Translations under genes and position numbers: made by a program
The notes under the pieces: model-generated
The model's input: only the letters and a program-made list of their open reading frames with translations
Database searches by the model: none
Told to the model about the DNA's origin: nothing
Source of the DNA: Octopus sinensis
Taxonomy: Eukaryota
Assembly: GCF_006345805.1 (NCBI RefSeq)
Contig: NC_043003.1
Span: 27,714,001-27,778,000 of the forward strand
Reading direction: 5' to 3'
DNA: 64,000 nt
Shown here: positions 27,181-39,510 of the stretch, piece after piece
Layout of the letters: every line of letters begins with the position of its first letter
Numbering within the stretch: the first letter of the stretch is position 1

Positions 27181-27182
<2 letters not shown>
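27132..27182 (-). ncRNA. Type I hammerhead ribozyme with canonical catalytic core
   Basis: Minus strand AGCTTC-CTGATGA-TTTC(ATTT)GAAT-GAA-ACAG(TTCTAGTC)CTGT-A-GAAGCT. Stem I 6 bp, core CUGAUGA, stem II 3 bp plus a U.U closing pair, GAAA, stem III 4 bp, cleavage triplet GUA. Flanked by (TA)n. Confidence 0.85.
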
Positions 27183-27236
<54 letters not shown>

Positions 27237-29012
27237 GTTGTATAAAACATATGCAATATACATACATATATGTACGTACCTACATCTATATGTATATATA
27301 CATGCATAAATGGGTACAGGACACCAAAAAAATGTCGAACACAAGGAGAAACGAAAACATAAACACAAAACCAAGGATATGGACATTTTTCTTAAACAAC
27401 GAAAAAATAGAGTACAGGACATACAACACAAGGAAAATTCCCCTTCTTCAGTCGCCTCTGTTTCATCTACTCCGTGTTTCGAAGGTATATGTATATATAT
27501 ATATATACACATACACACTCATATATTTATATATATATATATACACATACACACGTATATGTTTGTGTGTATGTATATTATATATATATGTACACATACA
27601 CAAACACACACATACATATCATCATCATTGTTTAACCTCCACTTTCCATGCTAGCATGGGTTGGACGATTTTGACTGAGGGCTGGCGACCCAGATGGCTG
27701 CACCAGGCTCCAATCTTGATCTGGAAGAGTTTCTACAGCTGGATGCCCTTCCTAACGCCAACCACTCCGAGAGTGTAGTGGGTGCTTTTCACGTTCCACC
27801 GGCACGGGGGCCAGTCAGGCGGTACTGGCAATGACCTCGCTCGAATCTTTTTACACATGTATATGTAGATAACACACACTAACACATATATACATATATA
27901 TATACACATATGCATATATGGGTACAGGATGTCACCAACAGTAAACAACATGAAATATGAAAACAAATGAGTTCAATATGCAAACCATGAGAGAAACAAA
28001 TGGAAAACAGGACAAGTAACATAAAGAACGACTCTTCATTAGTTGTCGACTGTCTATCTACTCCTCATTTCGAGCAATACATATATATCTGTGTTTGTAC
28101 ATGTGTGCATGATTAATTTTGTACTCCTTTTTCACATATAGAGAAAGATAGAGACTTTAGTCAAAACACAAATATAACATACATACACACACACATTTAC
28201 TTATGTGCATTCACAATGTACATTCACAGTGGCGTAGTGCGCTAACACACTGATACACAAGCACATATTTCCTTATAGATATACGTGCATATGCTTACTT
28301 AGTTATAGAAAATCTGCCCCAATGAATTGTCTGATCTACGCAAGCATGGAAAAGTGAATGTTAAAAACAATGATGATAATAACAAAATGTACCAGTATTC
28401 ATATTACATGCTGGTATGAGTATGATGGTTTCACAGAATACAGCAGGTCTGAGGAATGCATCATACTCCAATGTCTTTGGCATGGTTTCTTACAGTTAAA
28501 TGCTCTTCCTGACACCATCCACTTTACAGAGAGCATTGTTGGCACCAGCGCAAATCAGGTCACAGTACAGCTTGCAAAACTAAGATCTTCTTTGACTGAG
28601 TAGGGCTATAGTTGACAGGGAAGCAACTTTATGGTAGGAGACGAGTGGTATAAGTATCAAATATAGTTTCTTGCTGTAGGGGAGTGACATGGCTACTCAC
28701 ATTATAGAAGAGAGGTGGAGAGTAATTAAGTTGGAACTAGAAAGAGATAAAAGTAGTGGGGATGAGGTACCAGGGTGGACCCTCAAGGTATGAGTAAGAA
28801 GTGAATGAGGACAGAAGAACAGGGAGTGGTGGCAAGTAGAGGTTGCAAGAGGGTTTGAGGAAAGCAAGAGGGGGGCTACATATGTGTGTGTGAGTGTGTG
28901 TATCTATGCATGTGTGTTTGTGTTTGCCTCTCACGACCACTTAATACCTGGTGCTGGTTTGTTTACATTCCCATAACTTAATGGTTTGGGAAAAGAGTCT
29001 GGCAGAATAAGT

Positions 29013-29298
29013 TGTTTGTTCCTTCTTGAGCCACGCCTGGCTCATAAGGGCTGGTTTCCCGGTCTCCTTGGCATATAGTTCCCCACCTGGACGGGACGCC
29101 GGTCCATCGCAGGTGAGCTGCAAGATGCAGGAGGAAAGAGTGAGAGAAAGTTGTGGCGAAAGAGTCAGCAGAAGTTTGCCATTACTTTCTGCCAGAGCCG
29201 TGTGGAGCTTAGGTGTTTCGCTCATAAATACACACAACGCCCAGTCTGAGATTCAAACCCATGATCCCTCAACCGTGAGTCCGCTGCTCTAACCACAA
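29013..29298 (-). mobile_element. 5'-truncated SINE inserted into a family A SINE, with a 12-bp TSD
   Basis: ggcagaataagt at 29001-29012 and 29299-29310; B-box remnant gggtttgaatctc on the minus strand. Confidence 0.8.
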
Positions 29299-30040
29299 GG
29301 CAGAATAAGTATCAATCTTAAAAATAATAAGTGCTGGGGTCGATTTGTTCAATTAAGCCCTTTGAGGTGGTTTCCCACCATGGCAGCAGTGTAATGACCA
29401 AAACAAGTAAAAGATAAAAAATAAAAGACCCACAAAAACACATAAAAAACACACACACAAACATCATCTTAGTTTAACAAGCCGAATACTTAATACATGT
29501 TGCTACCCACAAATGTACATATAATTTTACATGCGGGTGACACATAAAGAGCACCCAACACACTCTGTTAAATGGTTGGCATTAGGAAGAGCATACAGCC
29601 ATAGAAACCATACCACAACAGACAGTTGGAGTCTGGTCACCTCCCTGCTAGTCAGTTCCATGTCAAACTGTCCAACCCATGCCAGCACGGAAAGCAGACA
29701 TTAAACAATGATGATAATGATGATGATGATAATTTCATCTGTATACAGATTTACACCCAGATGGTTATATAAATTCACTGCTGCTTAGTATATCTGTGTT
29801 TAAGTTTTGGTTAACTGGAAATTTGGAAGTTCTCCACCTTGTTTATTTTGAGAGAGTTCCTTACCATTAATAATAATGACATTTTTTCAATCTCATTAAA
29901 ATTTCAACTGATTAAAATTATCTTCAGCTAACTGCATTAAGTAGGTTAGCCTGCACTTATCTATATGTTCTTCTTGCAGAAGGTACCACTGAGAAATTTT
30001 CTATTCACTCATTCATACATACATACATACAATCATTTTT

Positions 30041-30077
<37 letters not shown>

Positions 30078-30442
30078 TGCATGTGCACAAACACACACAT
30101 ACACATACATACAGAGACACAGACATCCATACAATCATTCATACATATACACTCACATACATACATACATACATACAGGCAGACAGAGACATGCACATAA
30201 TCACTGAGAAATGTACACATACACAAACACATACACTCAAACACATGCCCATACTCATGTACAAACACGTACAGGCATCACAAATATACACAGATTAATA
30301 CAGATATAATTGTACTTCAATCTAATTATACATGGTCGGATCAAGTGAAAGTTAGTTTGGATTTGCATAATAATGTGTATATAAATAGCCTAAAGTTTGT
30401 ATATGTTTATATATATATATATATGTATACATACACGTATAG

Positions 30443-30474
<32 letters not shown>

Positions 30475-30606
30475 TGTATACATACACGTATAGATATATA
30501 TATATATATAACGGGAAGCTTACGAAAATAAGCAAAAGACGAAGGCAGGTGGAGTACAAACAAACAATTGTATTAGTATGGCGCTCAGGAATGGAAATAA
30601 AACAAG

Positions 30607-30644
30607 TCTTTTACATTTCGAGCCTACGCTCTTCAACAGAAAGA
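30607..30644 (-). ncRNA. Minimal type I hammerhead motif (A6U family), inside family D element starting 30513
   Basis: Minus strand TCTTT-CTGTTGA-A-GAGC-GTAG-GCTC-GAAA-T-GT-A-AAAGA; perfect 5-bp stem I and 4-bp stem II. Confidence 0.7.
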
Positions 30645-31309
30645 TACACAGAAAAGAAACACGGAGAGAAAAAAAATTGCATGCAGGAGCTAACGAATTA
30701 ACATGGCGGTGTGATTTCGGCCAGAAGTCAGAGATCAGACGTTAGACGCAAGAGGGATAGTAGGGGAGATAACAAGGTCAAATGACCTCACCCCAACATA
30801 AGGGTGCGTGTGTGTATGAGAGTATGTATGTGCGTATGAAAGGTCTGGACGTGTGTATGTATGTATGATGTGATGTGTAGTGTCATATGGTGTAGTGTAG
30901 TGTCTTATGGTGTAGTGTAGTGTGGTGGGAGGTGGGGAAAGCCCATGTGGGGTGTGGATTCGGCTGGGGGTTGGGGTAGAGTGGGGGTTGTGAGGAGAAC
31001 ATCTACACATGTATGTATATATGTATATATATATCATCATCATCATCATCATCATCATCGTTTAACGTCCGCTTTCCGCGCTAGCACGGGTTGGACGGTT
31101 TGACCGGGTCTGGGAAGCCAGGGGCCGCTCCAGGCTCCAGTCTGAATCTGGCAGAGTTTCTACGGCTGGATGCCCTTCCTAACGCCAACCACTCCGTGAG
31201 TGGATTGGGTGCTTTTTACGTGCCACCTGCACAGGGGCCGGAGGGTCCGGCATCGTCACGATCGGATTCGAGCATTTTAACGTGTCAGCGGCACGGGGGC
31301 AACGAGGTC

Positions 31310-31445
31310 CGGGTACTTTGGGGATTGGGGTATTTTGGGGATCCAGGGTACTTTGGGGATCCGGGGTACTTTGGGGATCCGGGGTACTTAGAATGGGTAG
31401 GGGTACTTAGAATGGGTAGGGGGACTTAGAATGGGTAGGGGGTAT
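31310..31445. repeat. Two adjacent G-rich short tandem repeats (about 18-mer GGGGATCCGGGGTACTTT and about 19-mer GGGGTACTTAGAATGGGTA) at the RTE 3' end
   Basis: Direct reading; about 3-4 units of each. Confidence 0.9.
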
Positions 31446-32473
31446 GTGGAATTGCTGCAGAAAGCAGCCCGGGTCTTTGTAGTCACAGCATATCTCCAGA
31501 GATCTCGGCCTTCGCCATTGCCTCAGTGAGGCCCAATGCTCTGAGGTCATGCTTGACCACCTCATCCCATGTCTTCCTGGGTCTACCTCTCCCCCTGATA
31601 CCTTCAACTGTTTGGAGTGGCACTTCTTCACACATCTCTCTTCATCCATCCGCAGCACATGACCATACCATCGCAAGCGTCGCTCTTGCACACCACATCT
31701 GATGCTTCTTATATCCAGCATTTCTCTCAGGATACTTACACTCTGTTTTGCGTGCACACTGACACTACACATCCAGCGGATCATGCTAGCTTCATTTCTT
31801 TCAAGTCTACGCATGTCTTCTGCAGTCACAGCCCATGTTTCATTACCGTGAAGCATGGCAGTTCGCACACATGCATCATATAATCTACCTTTTGCTCTGA
31901 GGGAGAGGCCTTTTGTTGCCAGTAGGGGTAGGAGCTTTCTGAACTTTGCCCAGGCTATTCGTATTCTAGTGGTGATACTCTCTGTGCATCCACCTCCGCT
32001 ACTACTACTTGGTCTCCCAGGTAGCGGAAACTATCAACTACTTCTAGTTTCTCTCCCTGGAGTGTGATGGAATCTGTTTTCTGAGTGTCTGTTGTGTCTA
32101 TTGTCCCTGTGCATCTGCCGCACATGAAGCTATCTTATCTGTTAATTTCCCTTTAATGTTGCTGCACCTCTTATGTGTCCATAACTTACATTGGGTGCAT
32201 CTTATGGAGTTTCTACCTGTACCTTTCCTACAGGTTGAGCAGGGCCACCTACCCGAGGGGATGTGTGTTGAGTACCTCTTGCTGCTTACTAATACTTTGG
32301 TCTTTGCTACATTTATTCTAAGGCCCTTTGATTCCAACCCTTGCTTCCATACCCGAAATTTCTCTTCTAGTTCCGGTAGTGATTCTGCTATGAGAGCTAG
32401 GTCATCGGCATAGAGGAGCTCCCAGGGGCATCCCGTTTTGAATTCCTCTGTTATTGCTTGAAGTACTATGATG

Positions 32474-32478
<5 letters not shown>
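31446..32478 (-). mobile_element. 5'-truncated RTE-clade LINE (RT domain end, Cys-rich finger, C-terminus), frameshifted
   Basis: ORF 32098-32478 ...GCPWELLYADDLALIAES...GLRINVAKTKV...WPCSTCRKGTGRNSIRCTQCKLWTHKRCS; ORF 31407-31868 ...RRLRWYGHVLRM; ends GRGRPRKTW. Confidence 0.92.
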
Positions 32479-32514
<36 letters not shown>

Positions 32515-32607
32515 GTATAGGGGGAGAATTCACAAAAAAAAAAGACGAAGACAGGTGGTGTAGACAACAAACAGATGTATTAGTATAATGCTCGGGAAGT
32601 GAAAAAT

Positions 32608-32645
32608 TCTTTAACGTTTCAAGCCTATGCTCTTCCACAGAAAGG
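32608..32645 (-). ncRNA. Minimal type I hammerhead motif (A6U family), inside family D element 32520-about 32945
   Basis: Minus strand CCTTT-CTGTGGA-A-GAGC-ATAG-GCTT-GAAA-C-GT-T-AAAGA. Confidence 0.65.
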
Positions 32646-33396
32646 AACACAGAAAGAAACAGGGAGAGAAAATAGAGAATGTTTAGTGGCTAGCGATCTA
32701 TCATGGTGAATGCCAGACAGAGGGGTCACACAAGAAAGCTAGGAAGAAAGAGAGATAATAAAGTAGTGGTGATCCCAAAACGAAGGTGTGCGAGGCGTGT
32801 GTATAAGAGAGCATGTATGTGCTTGTGGAAAAGGGCTGGTTACCTTGACTTGTGCATGTGTGCATGTGTAGGTGTGTGGATGATGGTGTGGGGCTGGGAA
32901 GTGGTCAGTGCTAGTGTGTGCATGGTGGTACGATGTTTCTGTACATGAATGTGTATATTCAATAAGCCATATTGAATATAGCTCATCAGCAAATGTTATG
33001 CTTAAAATTTGCTACTCTTTTACTCTTTTACTTGTTTCAGTCATTTGACTGTGGCCATGCTGGAGCACTGCCTTTAGTCAAGCAAATCGACCCCAGGACT
33101 TATTCTTTGTAAGCCTAGTACTTATTCTATTGGTCTCTTTTGCTGAACTGTAAACACACCACCATCGGTTGTCAAACGATGTTGGGGGGACAAACACAGA
33201 CACACAGACACACACACACATATATACGACGGACTTCTTTCAGTGTCCATCTACCAAATCCACTCTCAAGGCTTTGGTCAGCCCGAGGCTATAGTAGAAG
33301 ACACTTGCCCAAGGTGCTACGCAGTGGGACTGAACCCAGAACCATGTGGTTGGTAAGCAAGCTACTTACCACACAGCCACTCCTACACCTATGTTC

Positions 33397-33460
<64 letters not shown>

Positions 33461-34299
33461 ACAAGTAAATCTTTTGCTATAGATGTCAAAACAATAAAAT
33501 ATATCATCATCATCATTTTCACACCTATAGCAAGGGAGAGAAAGAGTGTGAGAGACAGAGAAAGATAAATGCATACACACACAAACATAATCCAATACGT
33601 ACATATTTACAACACTCAAGCATTCACATACGCATGTACATACATAAACATGCACTCCACAATCTCTCTCGCCATCTTTCTCTCTCTTGCACATAGACTA
33701 GACAGGAACACACAATTATGCATGTGCACTCACACATACACATACATACACACACATACACTCACACACTTATAGCTGTGTATTTGCATGTGTATATATA
33801 TGCGTGTGCATGAGTGATAATATATATATATATATACATATATACATTAATATACACATAGGCGTAGGAGTGGCTGTGTGGTAAGTAGCTTGCTTACGAA
33901 CCACATGGTTCCGTGTTCAGTCGTGTGTGTGTGCGTGTGTGTGTGTGTGTATGTTGTGTGCCTGTGTTTGTCCCCCCAACATCGCTTGACAACCGATGCT
34001 AGTGTTTACATCCCCGTAACTTAGCAGTTCGACAAAAGAGACTGATAGAATAAGTACTTGGCTTCCAAAGAATAAGTCCTGGGGTTGATTTGCTCTACTA
34101 AAAGGCGGTGCTCCAGCATGGCCACAGTCAAAATGACTGAAACAAGTAAAAGAGTAAAAGAGTATGCATATATTCACACACATACATATATATTTATCCA
34201 TATATATTTATACACATGCATAGATATATATATATAAATATATACATAAATACGGATATGCATTCATAAATAGATACATATATGTATGTATATACATAC

Positions 34300-34337
<38 letters not shown>

Positions 34338-34749
34338 CAGGACATACTCATGCATGCTCAAATCTTCATGTGAGTGTGAGTGTAAGTAAGGATACTAAGG
34401 TACAGCAACAAGTGTTTACATATGGTGCATATGTGTGCATCTATGCATGTGTGTGTATGTTTGTTTGCATGCAGTTACGTGCAATGCATTCATATAAAAC
34501 CTGAATGCCACATGTGGCTACATATATGTGTACGTATGCATGTATGCATATATTTGTATGTATTTAGGCATGCGTCCGCATATGATTCCATACACGAGTG
34601 CATGTTCATATACACGTGTTTATGTAATGTATGAATGAGTTTACGTAATGTACATTCGGTTTGCGTGAGCGTGGGTGTTTCCCCGATATATTCCGGTGTA
34701 GAAATTTGAAATTATCATCTAAAAGCAGGCTCGTGGGCGTGTGTTTCTA

Positions 34750-35960
34750 TGCCTCTCACACCACCACCACCACCACCACCACCGCCGCCGCCGCCATTAC
34801 CACCCTCAGGACCTCCACCGCCCTTATCACAAACGCCTTCAGCAGCCTATTACATATTAGAATCTCCTCCTCCTCCCCCTCCAGTGCCACCACTACTACC
34901 ACCACCACTCGATATCTTCCCTACTACTATAGCTGCACCACCATACCATACCATACCATATCATACCATACGCTGTGACTATTGCCATTACCGACATCAA
35001 TAACGCCACCATCATCATCATTGCACTGCAATGACAACACCCCCCACCATCATCACTACCACCCTCCACTTCCACCCCCACCATCACCTTCACCATTGCC
35101 GGCATCATGTGACATCCTCCGTACCACGGTAACTGCTGCACCACAACATGTGCTATTCCTATAGCTATCATCATCATCAACGACACCACCATCCTCACAC
35201 TGCAGTGACCACACCATCATCACCATCACCGCTATAACCACACTGTCACCACCACAACCACTGCTGCCATCACTGCCACCACCACCACTGCCATCACCAT
35301 ACTGCAACATCCACCACCAATGCCACTCTCACAGCATTCATTGTGATTAGCCACCAGCACTATCAACGCCACCACTAACAAGGAAGTCTCTATGAGGTGT
35401 CTGCATATACTAGAAAGAGTAGCTAAATCTCCTGAAAACTAGACTTTATAGTGTTAAAGAAGAAAGGAAACAGGGAAGTAAGTCGTTTTATAAAAAGAAA
35501 AAAAAACTGGATGGTCACTATTGGGACACTTTTAAAGGTCTGTCCAGGCAGGACTGATCTTGGCCTAAACTACAACAACAACTAAGCAGCTTTCCACCCA
35601 ACCACCACCACCACCGCCGCCGCCGCCGCCACCACTACTGCTGCCCCCCTCCAACAACATTGTCACCACTACTATCGCTATGATGGTAACTACTTGAAAG
35701 AATTTGTTCATAGATCCAGCAGGACTCACCATGGGCTAAACAACAACAACCATCCAACCAACCAACCAACCGACAAAATCTACTTCTATCATCACTGCTT
35801 ACACTACCACCAACACTACCACAATTACTACCACTGCTATAGCCAACAACACCCCAGCTTACACTATCAACACCACCACCATCACCATCACTACTTACAC
35901 CATCATTATAGCAATCATCAACACCACCACCACCACCACTACTTCATCGAACATTGTGTC
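34750..35960. repeat. Low-complexity (CCA/CAC/CCG/CAT)n trinucleotide region with an embedded SINE tail fragment
   Basis: Direct reading; produces the spurious poly-Pro, poly-His and poly-Thr ORFs. Confidence 0.85.
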
Positions 35961-36127
35961 GTGTCCAATTTAAACTACATAACTAACAGCAAAGGACTAT
36001 AAGGAATGATTAGTAACATTAATAAGTAGTATAATTTTCAGTAACAACAATGGTCACACAGCACTGTATGCCACAATAACAACCACAAGTAATCCACCCA
36101 GACCACAGCAACACCAAGTAATTACCC

Positions 36128-36409
36128 TCGACCAGGCTATCAGATGTTGCTACACATCGCTGGTCACAATGCGCTTCTCATTGTTTTAGCCTTCAAATGA
36201 AGCTAAGTGAGCAGGCCAACAGAAGAAAGAGTGAGATAAAGTTGTGGCGAAAGAGTACAGCAGTGATCGCCACCACCCCCTACCAGAGCCTCGTGGAACT
36301 TTAGGTGTTTTTGCTCAATAAACACTCACAACGCCCGGTCTGGGAATCAAAACCGTGATCCTACAACTGCAAGTGCGCTGCCCTAACAACTGGGCCATTG
36401 CACCTCCAC
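36128..36409 (-). mobile_element. tRNA-head SINE (family G)
   Basis: Reverse complement of the 19297-19609 sequence, diverged. Confidence 0.85.
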
Positions 36410-37137
36410 AATTGCCCTTAAATATTTCTAGAAAATCAACCACTAAAATCCACATAAAAGAGACAAGAACATAAAACAGAAAACATACACACATGTAGAA
36501 CACCTCATCCCACCCACCCCTGCATACACACACACAGATTTTGACCACTTCCTTCTAATAGGAACCCAAAATGTAATTGGGAAATCTAAAAATTCAGAAA
36601 CCCAGAACTAAACAGAATTAAAAATAAAAATTTGTTTAGTTCTGGTTTCAATATAATATAGTTACATCTATATTACAAGAAGAGTTATACCAATAGATAT
36701 GCTTGCTCTCATAGGAATAAATTTCATCATTCTTTATTCGAGTGAGGTCGTTGCCAGTGCTGCTGGACTGGCTTCTGTGCAAGTGGCACATAAAAAGCAC
36801 CATTTGAGCATGACCATTGCCAGTACCACCTGACTGGCCCTCATGCCGGTGGCATGTAAAAGCACCCACTACAGTCTTGGAGTGGTTGACGTTAGGAAGG
36901 GCATCCATCTGTAGAAACTCTGCCAGATCAGATTGGAGCCTGGCGCAGCCATCTAGTTCGCCAGACCTCAGTCAAATCGTCCAACCCATGCTAGCATGGA
37001 AAGCAGACGTTAAATGATGATGATGATTCTGTTGGAAGGTGGTATGCAGTTAATCTTACTATCTGTGAACTCATACGTTGTCACTGCAAAGAATTTTCCT
37101 TAAAAATTTGCTCATTTCTGGAACCAAACAAAATTAA

Positions 37138-37352
37138 CCCTTTAGCATTCAGATTACTCTCAGTTGTAATTCTTATTTATTTACATTGTTTTGAATTCAT
37201 CATGCATTATCTTGTAGCTTTGAGAGTTTGATGATGTGATTATTTTCAGAATAACATTAGTAGAGTAGGTGTGAAAGGCTGGATTTGGCTGGTCTGAACA
37301 TAAAACAGGTAGTATATTTGGGATGAATATGGCTGGTTTAAATGCTAAAGGG
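37138..37352. mobile_element. piggyBac-type MITE, 215 bp
   Basis: TTAA(37134-37)-CCCTTTAGCATT ... AATGCTAAAGGG-TTAA(37353-56). Confidence 0.9.
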
Positions 37353-38183
37353 TTAAAGTCATAGACTTTAAACACTTTGATTGGTTACTTCTGTATTACA
37401 AAGAGGATTATACCAACAGATATTTCATGGTCTTATAGAAATAATTTTTGTCATTGGAAGGTAGTACACAACAAATCTTATCATCTGTGAACTCTCATCT
37501 TACTAGGACCTCATTATAATGCAGTGAATAATCCTTGAAGATTTACACGTTTGGAGAAATGCTTCATAGCCTTAGTAAAATATTCTGAATAAAGTTCTTA
37601 GCTATATTACATACATACATGACATGCTTCCTGCAATTACTGTCTATCACAATTCCCTTATAAGGTAGGGATATGATAAATCCTTTATGAAATTAAGCAT
37701 TCCGTCTAAAATATCAGTCATAGTTTAAGCATCTAATGTAATGAATGAGCCAAAAAGAGAAAAGATTTTTCTGAGTATTCATGAATTGGAGATTACAATC
37801 AGCTTGTGAGTGATTCATTCCATCATCACAGTAGAAACCACCTTGTACTATTGGAGATTTCTGTTTGGAGTTTACTTATTAGGGGAAGACTAGTCAGATT
37901 GGTTATTTCAACTGAATCCTTCACACCAAGATTCATACCAAAGAGTGGTTCTAGATGAATTCTTACAACACACACACACACACGACAAAAGGCATTCTGG
38001 CCATGAGCATCCTGTCTTTTATCCAAAGTGTGTGTTCTCTTTTTATACAATACTGAAGTATGGTCTGTCCAATATTTCTAACAGACCAAGCAACAATGAA
38101 TGGACTCTCTTGGAGGTTTAACATGGCAATATGTAGTAGTAGTAGTAGTAGTAATGGTGGTAGTGGGGGTGTTGGGGATTGTT

Positions 38184-38232
<49 letters not shown>

Positions 38233-39209
38233 AGTAGTAGTAGTAATGGTGGTAGTGGTGGTGTTGGGGATTGTAGTAGTAGTAGTAGCAGCATTAACAA
38301 TTTTTGGAAATATGCATCTCCACATAGCATTTAAAAAAATATTCTTTATTGTTAGCTGATGGTGAAAGGAGCATGTGACAATGGCACATGGTAGCTATAG
38401 TGTAGGTAAGTGATAGTAGGTGATGGTAGAGGATAGGAGCTAGAGGATAGCCAAGTGAAAGTGATATGGACATATGATAGCAGAGGAGTGCAGCTATTAG
38501 TTGTGCTACATCAAACACTATGCACCTGATTATGGCTACAGCAATGGCAGTTGTTATCATTGTTTTTCAGTCCCCAAGTCAGTCTTGACCCAATATATTA
38601 TAAAACAACTTGAACACAGAAAAACAATTTATACACACTATTAAACACGCACTGTCTTAAACAGTCTCAAAGTACCAGTAAACTATATTTTTAGCTCAAT
38701 AGAAAAGGAATCATTCAAGCATGACCCCTTCACACTTGTTAAATGTGTCCCATTTTCCAACCTGAAGTGACATTTACCTATAATACCTTTCCTACTAACA
38801 CTCTTTGTATGTTTGTATGTTGATGCCATATTGAAGGTAGCCCTAGATATAGGCGAGTAACCTTGAGTTTACTCCATTGATGATAAACTACTCCTCTAAG
38901 TGGTTGACTGAACATTTAGAACATGCAGCCAAATCTGTCTCAAATAAGGAAATATCACAGTAGACAACATAGTGCAGCATATTCATAAAAACGATGAGAC
39001 CCTAGTGGATATTATGCAGACTAATGACTATAGGTTTACTAATTATGGTTGACTTGCAACAAAACAATGACTTGCATTGATGATTTAATACTACAATGAA
39101 TTTTTCAGAACCTAGGCATTGTGAATTAAAATCCTACAAAACTATCTAACAGTGCACGGTGATGGCTCTGCGGGGGGGAAAAAAAGATGGGAGCAAGCAT
39201 GTCCGTGTA

Positions 39210-39510
39210 CTTAGGAAGGGGCACAGATGTGGATGTGTGCTTAAGAAGGGCTCCGGGTATGACTGCATGGTTTAAGCTGGGGTGCAAGAATGTCTACGTA
39301 GTTAAGAAGGGGTACAGGTTTGGTTGTGTGCTTAAGAAGAAATGCAGATATGCCTGTGTAGCTAGTAAGGGACAGGGATGCAGTTGTGTGCTTAACAAGG
39401 TCTCTAGGCATTACTGTGTAGTTAAAAGAAGATGTAGTAATGTTTGTGTAATTAAGAAGGAGTACAGGTGTGGAAGCGTACTTCAAAAGGGCTCCAGGTG
39501 TGACTGATTC
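39210..39510 (+). repeat. Degenerate 30-bp tandem array (10 units), consensus CTTAAGAAGGGGTACAGGTRTGGCTGTGTR
   Basis: Units start at 39210, 39240 (31 nt), 39271, 39301, 39331, 39361, 39391, 39421, 39451 and 39481. Confidence 0.9.

Noticed and set aside
34749-35003. Poly-proline (formin/extensin-like) ORF
   Set aside because: (CCA/CCG)n low-complexity tract with no flanking domain or exon structure.
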